Below are positions 16,136-23,512 of a DNA stretch of 36,855 nucleotides, in pieces (positions within the stretch are counted from its first letter, which is position 1; every line of letters starts with the position of its first letter). The position numbers were made by a program, and so were the translations under genes. This stretch comes from an uncultured Eubacteriales bacterium (lineage in GTDB: Bacteria; Acidobacteriota; Aminicenantia; Aminicenantales; Saccharicenantaceae). The notes beneath the pieces are model-generated. The model ran no database searches. It saw only the letters and a program-made list of their open reading frames with translations, and was not told the DNA's origin. Where the stretch lies: contig CAZFBC010000001.1 in NCBI GenBank assembly GCA_964517245.1, forward strand, positions 1 through 36,855, written 5' to 3'.

Positions 16136-16657
16136 TCACCTGAGCGGCAGCGTCCCGTCCCGCTCCATCCTCCTGCGCTCGGCCTCCATGACGGCCTTCT
16201 GAAGCGACCCGGCGATCTCCTCAGCGCTCGCCGCGATCATCCTGGCCGCCCTCGCGGCCTCGGCGATCCGGTCGATGTCCGTCTGCTCCATGGTCGGCCG
16301 GCCAGGGCCCGGCTTCGTGATCTCGACCTTGGTCGTCTCGGTGATCTTGTAGACCCGGAAGACCCAGCGGCCCTGCTTCTCGCCCTGGTAATCGCCGTCC
16401 ACGTGCTCGATCCACCAGAGAAAGCTCTTCCCGCCGTCAGCCTGGGACGCCCTGGCGATATCGTGGATGACGTCCCCGGCCTTGATCCTCGGGTCGGCCT
16501 GCCTCTGGTGCATGATCGCGGTCAGCCCGTAGGCGTTGAAGACCTCCCCGTCCTTGAGCTTGAGGCCTCCGACGATCTCCTCCAGGATCTGCCGCGCCCT
16601 GGCCTTGGCCGTCGGGACCTGCTCCACCTTACCCTTCGTCGATCTTTTTTTGGACAT
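16136..16657 (-). CDS. hypothetical protein in the position of a Q-like late-gene antiterminator
   Basis: 173 aa with RBS GGGAGGAG. It is the last gene before the promoter-terminator pair. The function is inferred from synteny only; no motif was recognised. Confidence 0.3.
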   Translation of the reverse strand: MSKKRSTKGKVEQVPTAKARARQILEEIVGGLKLKDGEVFNAYGLTAIMHQRQADPRIKAGDVIHDIARASQADGGKSFLWWIEHVDGDYQGEKQGRWVFRVYKITETTKVEITKPGPGRPTMEQTDIDRIAEAARAARMIAASAEEIAGSLQKAVMEAERRRMERDGTLPLR

Positions 16658-16892
16658 GTGCTCCTCCCGTTGAAATATCGGCGCGGCCGAGCTTGCCCTC
16701 GGCCCCGCACGTCTTGCACCTGAAAGTCGCCCTCATCCCGCCGACCGCTCCGGCCGCGTAGAGGACGAACGACCCGTCCGCGCAGAACGGGCACCGGCCC
16801 GACCATTCGAGCGGCCGCCTCGAGCCGGTCCTGAGCCCGAGGTTCTTGATGGCCTCGGCCGCCACGTCGGCCGGCCGCTCCCGGCCCTTCAC
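16629..16892 (-). CDS. zinc-ribbon protein (87 aa)
   Basis: GTG start overlaps the upstream stop as GTGA. It carries CPFC...CKTC cysteine pairs. Confidence 0.5.
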   Translation of the reverse strand: MKGRERPADVAAEAIKNLGLRTGSRRPLEWSGRCPFCADGSFVLYAAGAVGGMRATFRCKTCGAEGKLGRADISTGGAHVQKKIDEG

Positions 16893-17206
16893 GACTCGAG
16901 CCTCCCGACCACCTCCAAGGTCGGCTCCTTCGCGCCGATCCCCTTGCCTTCGATGGTCAGGTCCATGAAGACCTTGCCGACCGCGTCCATCACCATGGCC
17001 GGCCCCGACTCGTCCATGAGGACCTGGTCGGCGATGACCAACCTGATCCCGTAGACCAGGGCCCCAGGGAGCGGCCCCCATTCGAGCCGGCCCTTGAAGC
17101 CGAGGTTGTAATCGACCGGCACCTGGACCCTCCGGTACTCGGGATGCTCGATCTCGCGGCCGTCCGGGCCGTAGAGTAAGCCCTCGCAGTAGATCGTCGT
17201 GGTCAT
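16889..17206 (-). CDS. hypothetical protein (105 aa)
   Basis: Internal start MTTTIYCEGLLYG... overlaps the upstream small ORF stop as ATGA. The upstream part of the 160-aa track ORF is Arg-rich overlap. Confidence 0.5.
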   Translation of the reverse strand: MTTTIYCEGLLYGPDGREIEHPEYRRVQVPVDYNLGFKGRLEWGPLPGALVYGIRLVIADQVLMDESGPAMVMDAVGKVFMDLTIEGKGIGAKEPTLEVVGRLES

Positions 17207-17364
17207 CTCGGCCCCGCCCCGGTCAGCTCTTCGAGCCTGGCCTTGAGCGTCTCGAGCTCGTACTCGAGGTCCTTGAAAGCCCGATAGTAACCGGCGTGCC
17301 AGGCGTAATAATGCACGACCAGCGCCAGGACGGCGACGACCAGCATGATTAAGATCGCGTTCAA
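17203..17364 (-). CDS. small single-TM protein (about 53 aa), not in the ORF track
   Basis: A TTG at 17364 (or ATG at 17346) follows GGAGGAGG. The product is LNAILIMLVVAVLALVVHYYAW...LKARLEEL. It is coupled at both ends by TG/ATGA overlaps. Confidence 0.45.
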   Translation of the reverse strand: MNAILIMLVVAVLALVVHYYAWHAGYYRAFKDLEYELETLKARLEELTGAGPR

Positions 17365-17765
17365 TCTTCACCTCCTCCGTGATTCATCCGTGACCCCTCC
17401 CCCCGCTCCGTCGATCGCCGGCTCGCCATGCCGGCCCGTCGATCCGGTAACCCCAAGGTTGCTCTCGGTCCGTTCCTGTAAAGGGCCTTGCGCTTCGTCC
17501 CCGGCTCGAGCGCCAGGATCCCGGCCCTGACCCGGTCCTCGTCGAAGCCGAGATACCGGCAAATGAAGACGAACCCGAAGACGTAGGTCTCCGAGCTCTT
17601 CCCGCCCTCGAAGATCCAGCGGCGCGCCTGCTCGACCGACCGTCTTTGCTGACCGCTCCCGGACGGCCGAAGCGGAAGGAACTGGCGCGCGGCCTCCAGA
17701 ACTATCGACGCCATGAAGACCCTCTCGTAATGGTCGGGCCTCGATTCGAACGCCCCGCGACACAT
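17361..17765 (-). CDS. hypothetical protein (about 134 aa)
   Basis: Frame of the 165-aa track ORF. The start was chosen at MCRGAFESRPDHYERV, downstream of the resolvase stop. The start is uncertain. Confidence 0.4.
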   Translation of the reverse strand: MCRGAFESRPDHYERVFMASIVLEAARQFLPLRPSGSGQQRRSVEQARRWIFEGGKSSETYVFGFVFICRYLGFDEDRVRAGILALEPGTKRKALYRNGPRATLGLPDRRAGMASRRSTERGEGSRMNHGGGED

Positions 17766-17809
17766 CCGCTCGAGGTCGTCCCCCGGGCGTGGCGGCCGCC
17801 ATCCTCGCT

Positions 17810-18151
17810 TCACGCGCCCCCGCCTCCCGCCGCGGGCTCGATCCTGAGCTCGCGCCACGTCCCGGTCCGACCCTGCGGCATGAGGTAGGAGATCTTACCC
17901 CTGGCCGGCCGCGTGGCCACGACCGGGACGGCCCCGGCGACGGCCGCCAGGGCGATGAGCTCGGCCCAGGCCTCCGGGCTCATGCGCCCGAGCTTGAGCT
18001 TGCACTGCACCAGGAGGACGACGCCCTTCCGCACGGCCAGCACGTCGACCGGCCCGCGGCTGCCGGCCGCCCTGACCGCGAAGTACCCGGCCGCGGCGAG
18101 GCCGGCCTGGACCTTCCGCTCGAAGTCGGCGCCTCTCGAATAGTTGGTCAC
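17810..18151 (-). CDS. Holliday junction resolvase, archaeal Hjc-like PD-(D/E)xK nuclease
   Basis: 113 aa. The pattern RGADFERKV...GYFAVRAAGSRGPVDVLAV...LVQCK matches the E...D...(E/Q)xK resolvase layout. GTG start overlaps the upstream stop as GTGA. Confidence 0.65.
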   Translation of the reverse strand: MTNYSRGADFERKVQAGLAAAGYFAVRAAGSRGPVDVLAVRKGVVLLVQCKLKLGRMSPEAWAELIALAAVAGAVPVVATRPARGKISYLMPQGRTGTWRELRIEPAAGGGGA

Positions 18152-18339
18152 CGCTCGGACCTCCCGGCCGTCCGCTCCTCATCCTCCACCACCCGCTTGA
18201 CGGCTTCCCGGAACTCGCTCTCCTTCCGCTCCTCGCTCCCGGCCCCAGTGATGAGGTTCCAGGCGACGACCAGGAAGACGATCCCCGCGACCCACGCGAA
18301 AGCCACGAGCACGACCGTTCCGACGCTGGCCCAGCTCAC
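18148..18339 (-). CDS. small single-TM protein (63 aa)
   Basis: It has the hydrophobic helix VGTVVLVAFAWVAGIVFLVVAW and an acidic tail. The start overlaps the upstream stop as GTGA. Confidence 0.5.
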   Translation of the reverse strand: MSWASVGTVVLVAFAWVAGIVFLVVAWNLITGAGSEERKESEFREAVKRVVEDEERTAGRSER

Positions 18340-18506
18340 CGCTCGACCTCCTGGACGAACGCCACGGGCGCGGAATCGAGCCAGGCGTCAACTCTGCGGC
18401 TGGCACGCTCGTCGATCATGATCGCGGCCAGGGCCGCGCCCAGGGCCATCATGGCCACGGCGAAGGCGACCAGGGCCAGGGTCCTGCGCCATCCCCCGGC
18501 GCCCAT
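18336..18506 (-). CDS. small single-TM protein (56 aa)
   Basis: Internal start MGAGGWRRTLALVAFAVAMMALGAALAAIM overlaps the upstream stop as ATGA. Confidence 0.45.
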   Translation of the reverse strand: MGAGGWRRTLALVAFAVAMMALGAALAAIMIDERASRRVDAWLDSAPVAFVQEVER

Positions 18507-18868
18507 CAGTTTCCACCGACCGGGACGATCCTCCTCGGGTCCTTCTTCACGAGCGGCGATCCGCACTTGGGGCAGAACTCGAACAGAGCCGGCGAGTTGG
18601 TCCCGCATCTCCTGCAGTGGGACGCCTGGGAGGCCTCCTCTTGGGCCCTCTTCTTCTTCTCCTCCTCGGCCACCCAGTCGGCGTCGTCCTGGTACTCGCG
18701 GCAGAACACGTCCTTAAGGCGGAACCTGAGCACGTGCCCGTTGAGCGCCTCGGCGTAGACGATTCCCCTCAGCCTCGCCAGGAGCCCCTTCGACATGAGC
18801 GCCTTCTTCTCCGTGTCGCCCTTCACGGCGACGTTCGACCCGGCCCTGAAATAGATCTTCATCGGCAT
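18506..18868 (-). CDS. zinc-ribbon protein (120 aa)
   Basis: The C-terminus carries CRRC...CPKC. No other motif was recognised. Confidence 0.5.
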   Translation of the reverse strand: MPMKIYFRAGSNVAVKGDTEKKALMSKGLLARLRGIVYAEALNGHVLRFRLKDVFCREYQDDADWVAEEEKKKRAQEEASQASHCRRCGTNSPALFEFCPKCGSPLVKKDPRRIVPVGGN

Positions 18869-18907
18869 GATGCCCTCCTGTAATTGGATGTCGGCCTAAC
18901 CGTAAGG

Positions 18908-19783
18908 TCAGGACCGCTTCGACCTCGTCTCCTTCTCCCAGGCCGCCAGCGCCTCCTTGAGCCAGGCCTCGGCCTTCTCCGGCCCAGCCTCCAGGATCTG
19001 CTTGAACCTGGCCGACGCCCTGAGCTCCTTCTCGACCGTCGCCTTCCAGCCCGAGATCTCCTTCTCGCTCATCGGCTTCGCCGGCTCGTTGAGCCCGACC
19101 TTGTCCGGCGGCCTCCGGCCAGCATAGGAACCGCCCCGCTCCTGGGCCCTCGAGAGCCAGTTGAACAGGAACCGGCGATAGTTCTTCTTTTTCTTCTCCG
19201 GGTTGGCCTTGAGCCATAGCCCGGCCTTGGCGACCTCCTCACGAACGTTCACGGCCGGGAAGGCCGCTCCCCATTCGGAGACGTCTGCCGGCTCGATCCC
19301 CTCCCACTTCCCATCATTGAAATTGAATTGAATGAATGACTTAGGATTCGCGTCCGGGTTTGTCCGGACAGAACCGGACGGAGTCCGGGTTTGTCCGGAC
19401 TCCTCTGCTTCTGCTTCTTCTTCTTCTTCTCTCTTACTCTTGGTCCGGTAAAGCCTCTTCCGCTCGGCCTCGGCAGCCTTGAGCGACCTCGTCCGGTACA
19501 CGTGGTAGTTGATGATCTCGAAGCCTCCGTCGACCCTCCGGACCCTTCGCCCATCCTCCTCGAGCGACCTCGAGAACGGATCGGGATCCTCGAGCTTCTG
19601 GAGAGACCTCGAGACGACGTCGAGGTCCATCCGGCAGATCGAGCTTATGAAGACCGGCGAGACGTAGGCGACCCCGTTCTCCTTGCACGCGGCCAGGAGC
19701 GTGATCCAGATCTTGAACGTGTCCGAGTCCTCGGCCATTATCGAGGACTGGAGAATACCCTCATCCAGCTTGGTGAATCCCAT
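18908..19783 (-). CDS. replication initiator / replisome organiser-like protein
   Basis: 291 aa. It has an N-terminal winged-helix-like domain, an acidic E-rich linker encoded over the iterons, and a C-terminal region (..NYRRFLFNWLSRAQERGG) resembling DnaD/phage replication proteins. Confidence 0.5.
   Translation of the reverse strand: MGFTKLDEGILQSSIMAEDSDTFKIWITLLAACKENGVAYVSPVFISSICRMDLDVVSRSLQKLEDPDPFSRSLEEDGRRVRRVDGGFEIINYHVYRTRSLKAAEAERKRLYRTKSKREEEEEAEAEESGQTRTPSGSVRTNPDANPKSFIQFNFNDGKWEGIEPADVSEWGAAFPAVNVREEVAKAGLWLKANPEKKKKNYRRFLFNWLSRAQERGGSYAGRRPPDKVGLNEPAKPMSEKEISGWKATVEKELRASARFKQILEAGPEKAEAWLKEALAAWEKETRSKRS
19352..19400. repeat. iteron-like phased repeats inside the replication gene (candidate ori)
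   Basis: The 18-mer gtccgggtttgtccggac occurs twice (19352..19369 and 19383..19400). Five (t/a)ccgg(a/g) cores lie at 10, 10, 11 and 10 bp spacing. An AT-rich attgaaattgaattgaatgaatga tract and a pyrimidine tract flank them. Confidence 0.6.
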
Positions 19784-19882
19784 GCGGTGCTCCTGTTTAT
19801 TTCGGGGACCGGCCGCCCTGCTCTAAGGCTGATACCGGAGGTGCTTCATGTCTGCGGCACACGGACGGCCGGCCCCCGACCA

Positions 19883-20566
19883 TTATTTGCTCGATACCTT
19901 GGCGATCTTCTCGCTCCAGATCCTGACGCCCGGGATCTCGATCCGGCCCTGGAGGTTCCTCACGAGCTTGTCGATGTAGACCTGGTCGGGCTTGCAATAC
20001 TTCCTGGGCACGAGATCCGGCTCGACGACCTCGGACTTCCAGATCGTCTGGACCGACACGCCGGCGGTCGCGACCCTCTCGGGGATCGCGGCCTCGGCCT
20101 CCGATCTGAGCGTGTCGGCCTTGGCCACGGCCCGGTTGATGACCGAGGCGGCCGCCCCGGCGTGGCCCTGCTCGATGAGCTCCGAGGCCTTGTCGACGGC
20201 CTGGTCCTTGACCTTCTCGGCCCGCTCCTTCGCCAGTTGGGCCTCCCGCTCCTTCTGCCTTCTGGCCTCGTCCCGCTCATCCAGGAACCGCGCGACCTTC
20301 GGCCGGAGGACCACGTCGACCTCGTCGGCCACGGCGAGGATCGCCTTCTTGAGCTCGAGGATCGACCGGTGCGCCAGGAAGGCCCGCTTGACCGGCTCGG
20401 CGAAGGCCTCCTCGACCCGCTCCCGGCCGGCCTTCACATCCTTGAGGATCCTGGCCGCCTCGTCGAGGCCGGCCTGGTCGACGACCACGAGGTCCCGGGC
20501 CAGGCCGGCCAGCGTCACGAGCTCCTGCTTGTACGGCGCGGCAAGCGCCAGCTCGTCCCCGCTCAC
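19883..20566 (-). CDS. Gp157 / Gam-like recombination-associated coiled-coil protein
   Basis: 227 aa. It has a long coiled coil and a C-terminal LVPRKYCKPDQVYIDKLVR..IPGVRI resembling the siphovirus Gp157/Mu Gam-like tail. It is coupled to recT by a GTGA overlap. Confidence 0.45.
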   Translation of the reverse strand: MSGDELALAAPYKQELVTLAGLARDLVVVDQAGLDEAARILKDVKAGRERVEEAFAEPVKRAFLAHRSILELKKAILAVADEVDVVLRPKVARFLDERDEARRQKEREAQLAKERAEKVKDQAVDKASELIEQGHAGAAASVINRAVAKADTLRSEAEAAIPERVATAGVSVQTIWKSEVVEPDLVPRKYCKPDQVYIDKLVRNLQGRIEIPGVRIWSEKIAKVSSK

Positions 20567-21648
20567 TTCTTCCCGCCCTTGGCGGCGTCGGCCTTGGCCG
20601 CCCGGAACCAGCGCTTGAGATAATCAACGACCCATTTGGCCTCGCCCTGGGTGAGCCCGGACGGCTCGCCGAACTCCTTGCCGTAATTCTCCATGACCTT
20701 CTTCGCGATCGACCGCCAGACCATGTCCTCCTTGATCCCCATCTCGGTCATGGCGGCGACCCCGTCGAAGATCCTCTGGGCCTGGTCCGGGGAGGCCAGC
20801 TCGTCTCCGAGCTCGGCAGCCAGGGCCTCACCTTCGGCCGCGATGTCCACGTCCGGGTCGGGCTTGGAGAAGGGGCTGACCTTCGGGTTCGTGAGGTCCG
20901 AATGGGAGCCGGGATCCTCTCCGTACTCCTCTCCCCGTCCTGGCCCAGGCGCGTCCGCGTCCCACTTTTTCTTCGGCTCGGCCGGCGCCTTGAAGCTTTC
21001 GGGATCGGTGAACTCATCCTTGACGTGCTTGACCGTCCCCCGCTCCGGCTCGATGTGGGTGGCCGGCAGCTTGTCGGGCTCGGCGATCCGCTCCTCCGAG
21101 ATGTAGGGCATCCCGGCCATCTCGTCCGGGAAGGCCATCCTGAAGGCCTGGGCGATGGCGACCTTCTTGAGCATGGTCCGGGGCTTATCGGCCCAGAAGC
21201 GGGTCGGGACCTTCCGGCCGGTCCTCTGCCCTTCGACCCATTCGTCCTTCATCTGGATATACTCTTCCAGGAAGACCTCGTGGTAAAGGGGCCGCTCCCA
21301 GTCCTTCCGGTAGACCTTGACCCAGGCCGAGACGGGCTTCCCGTCGGGCCCGTCGGTCGTCCCCGACTCCATCCCGGACCACTTCTCCGTCCGCTCGGCC
21401 CGCTTCAAGTACGTCTCGTACCCGACGACGAAGGTCGCCGGCTCGGTCGACTTGTACTTGATGAGGTAGATCTCGCGCTTGAACGGGTTGAGCCCGAACA
21501 TCGCGCATTGATTCAGGAAGAGGGCGACCTCCTCCCCCGTGGCCAAAGCGTTGACGAACCGCTTGACCGTCTCCGGCGTGATCCCGATCATCGCCGACTC
21601 GGAGGCCTTGACGACGGCCGCCGAGCTTTCCTTGTTGACTACGGACAT
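20563..21648 (-). CDS. recT: RecT-family single-strand annealing recombinase
   Basis: LFLNQCAMFGLNPFKREIYLIKY...FVVGYETYLKRAE...TMLKKVAIAQAFRMAFPDE is characteristic of RecT. An acidic C-terminal extension follows. Confidence 0.85.
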   Translation of the reverse strand: MSVVNKESSAAVVKASESAMIGITPETVKRFVNALATGEEVALFLNQCAMFGLNPFKREIYLIKYKSTEPATFVVGYETYLKRAERTEKWSGMESGTTDGPDGKPVSAWVKVYRKDWERPLYHEVFLEEYIQMKDEWVEGQRTGRKVPTRFWADKPRTMLKKVAIAQAFRMAFPDEMAGMPYISEERIAEPDKLPATHIEPERGTVKHVKDEFTDPESFKAPAEPKKKWDADAPGPGRGEEYGEDPGSHSDLTNPKVSPFSKPDPDVDIAAEGEALAAELGDELASPDQAQRIFDGVAAMTEMGIKEDMVWRSIAKKVMENYGKEFGEPSGLTQGEAKWVVDYLKRWFRAAKADAAKGGKK

Positions 21649-21668
21649 GTACTCCTCCTCGGTTGATA

Positions 21669-21893
21669 TTAGCCCTTCCGGGTCTCCCCGGTCGTGACTT
21701 CAAACATGAGAACGGCCGCGACCTTCCGCGCGGCCTCGTCGGTCGGCCTGACCCCTTCGTGCTCCCAGTAGGAGAGGGTCCGATAGCTCAGCCCGGTGAG
21801 CTTGGCCAGCCGGTACTTGTTGAGCTTGAACCGGCGCAACGTCTTGGCCAGCGCCGGCCCGGTGATCTTATCCTTGAGCTCCTCGATCATCAT
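21669..21893 (-). CDS. XRE/Cro-type helix-turn-helix regulator
   Basis: Start MMIEELKD follows AAGGAG. The HTH is YRLAKLTGLSYRTLSYWEHEG. It is the first gene after the promoter at 21917..21943. Confidence 0.7.
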   Translation of the reverse strand: MMIEELKDKITGPALAKTLRRFKLNKYRLAKLTGLSYRTLSYWEHEGVRPTDEAARKVAAVLMFEVTTGETRKG

Positions 21894-21916
21894 GGCTCGC
21901 TCCTTCCGCAACCATT

Positions 21917-21943
21917 CTTATATGAAGCCGCGGAACCTGTCAA
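21917..21943 (-). promoter_or_regulatory. sigma70-like promoter (middle/recombination operon)
   Basis: The minus strand reads TTGACA, a 15-nt spacer, then TATAAG (or TAAGAA with a 17-nt spacer). It lies just downstream of the terminator at 21981..22019. Confidence 0.6.
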
Positions 21944-21980
21944 GGGGTTTTTTCCTGCGGCCAGACCGCGATCCGGGCGC

Positions 21981-22019
21981 AAAAAAAAAGGGCCGGAGAC
22001 CCTCGTGGATCCCCGGCCC
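21981..22019 (-). terminator. Rho-independent terminator ending the early operon
   Basis: On the minus strand a 10-bp stem (GGGCCGGGGA / UCUCCGGCCC) is followed by nine U. It lies 15 nt after the DUF932-like gene stop. Confidence 0.8.
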
Positions 22020-22034
22020 TTGCGGCCTCCGGTC

Positions 22035-23396
22035 CTACTTGGACCGCTTGCGCTTGCCGATCCCGGCCGCCTCCTTCCGCCCTTCGTTGCACCTGAGGCA
22101 GACGATGTCCGTCCCGGACTTGACCGTCTCGGCCGGCGAGAACTCTCCACAGCAATCCATGCAGAAGTAGAGGTCCCCGTCGTCGGCCTTGGCCTTCTTC
22201 CGGGCCGCGGCCTTCGCGGTCGTGACCTTCTCGGCCCGGACCTTCTTCGACTTGGCCGGCCCCGTCACGACGACCGGCCCGATCCCCGGGACGTTGACCA
22301 GCCCGGCCTTGCGGCCGGCCGGCTTCGACTCGGCCGCGATCTTCTCGCGGATCTTGACCCGGGCCGTCCGGCGGGGCTTCTTCCCGGCCTTCTCCTTCGG
22401 CTTCGCCTCGGGCTTCGCCTTGGCCTTCTTCGCGGCCTTCTCCATGAGCGCCTCGGCCTCGGTCGGCTTGGCCGCCTTCGCGGCCTCCTTGAGCCTGGCC
22501 TGGACCTTGTCCTTCACGGCCTGGACCTCGACCCTCGCGGCCGCCTTGCCCTCGGCCTTGCTCCCGTCGCGGAGCTCCTTGGCCTCGTCCTGGATGATCT
22601 CGAACGGGACCCGGCCCGGCTGCCAGACCGTGGCCGACTGCGCCTCGCCCAGGAGGAGCGGGGCCTCGTGGTCCAGGAAGTCGACCAGGAGCCCGGACCG
22701 CCACGAGTAATCGACCAGATGGGTCTCGTGCCACATCTCGGTGATCGCCCCGTGGAACCCGTGGAGGGTCGGCGTGTACTTCGACCCGGCGCCGAAATAG
22801 AACTCGTGGAACTGGTCGTACTTGGCCGGCGGGATGAGCGGGTACTTCCGGTGCATGGCCGCCACGGCCAGAAGCGCCGCCTGCTCGGCCCTGAGCTCGA
22901 TCTTCTTGAGCCCGTCGTGCCACTCGGCGACCCGGGCGAACCGGCCCCTGAGCGCTCCGAGCGCCTCCTCGGCCATGACCTCAAGCTCGAGCTCCTCGAG
23001 CCCCGCGGTGTGCTTCCGGAACAGGACGAAGTCGCCGCGGAAGACCATGTTGTCGCAGACGAAGACCCGGACGCCGGCGCAGAGGCCGACGCTCATCGAC
23101 TTGTTGAGCCCGTTCCTGATGCCCAGGCTCAAGGTCGTCTCCTCGCCCTTGACGATCTCGCTCCCGATCCGCTCGAGGTCCCAGACCCCGAACATCTTGG
23201 AGCCCGGCCGGATGGCGTACTGCTTCCGCTCGACCTTCCAGTCCAGCTTCGAGCACGCCTGGCCGACCGCGTCGATGACCTGGCCGTGGGTGTACGGCCG
23301 GAAGGTCGCCGTCCTGGCGATCGGCAAGGGCTCGGCCCTGACCACCGCCTCCGGGACGATCGACGTGTCCTTGTGAGATAAAAGAGCGCCTGACAT
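22035..23396 (-). CDS. DUF932-like protein with a Lys/Ala-rich basic tail and a C-terminal zinc ribbon
   Basis: 453 aa. The N-terminal ~270 aa (..LSLGIRNGLNKSMSVGLCAGVRVFVCDNMVF..) resemble DUF932 proteins. A KAAKKAKAKPEAKPKEK histone-H1-like tract and CMDCC...CLRC follow. Confidence 0.6.
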   Translation of the reverse strand: MSGALLSHKDTSIVPEAVVRAEPLPIARTATFRPYTHGQVIDAVGQACSKLDWKVERKQYAIRPGSKMFGVWDLERIGSEIVKGEETTLSLGIRNGLNKSMSVGLCAGVRVFVCDNMVFRGDFVLFRKHTAGLEELELEVMAEEALGALRGRFARVAEWHDGLKKIELRAEQAALLAVAAMHRKYPLIPPAKYDQFHEFYFGAGSKYTPTLHGFHGAITEMWHETHLVDYSWRSGLLVDFLDHEAPLLLGEAQSATVWQPGRVPFEIIQDEAKELRDGSKAEGKAAARVEVQAVKDKVQARLKEAAKAAKPTEAEALMEKAAKKAKAKPEAKPKEKAGKKPRRTARVKIREKIAAESKPAGRKAGLVNVPGIGPVVVTGPAKSKKVRAEKVTTAKAAARKKAKADDGDLYFCMDCCGEFSPAETVKSGTDIVCLRCNEGRKEAAGIGKRKRSK

Positions 23397-23425
23397 TAAA
23401 GCACCTCCGAATTGGATTTACGGAC

Positions 23426-23510
23426 CCCCGGGCTTGGGACCGGGGTGCCGCATTAGTCAAGGGCGAAAGCCGGAGTTTTTCTTCCGGCTTTCGCCACTCG
23501 ACCCCTCTGC
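23426..23510 (-). ncRNA. twister-like self-cleaving ribozyme motif, copy A (extended P1)
   Basis: RNA: GCAGAGGGG-[UCGAG-U-GGCGAAAGCCGGA..UCCGGCUUUCGCC-CUUGA]-C-UAAUGCG-GC-A-[CCCCGG UCCCAAGC CCGGGG]. Predicted cleavage is between 23455 and 23454. Confidence 0.6.
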
Positions 23511-23512
23511 GA

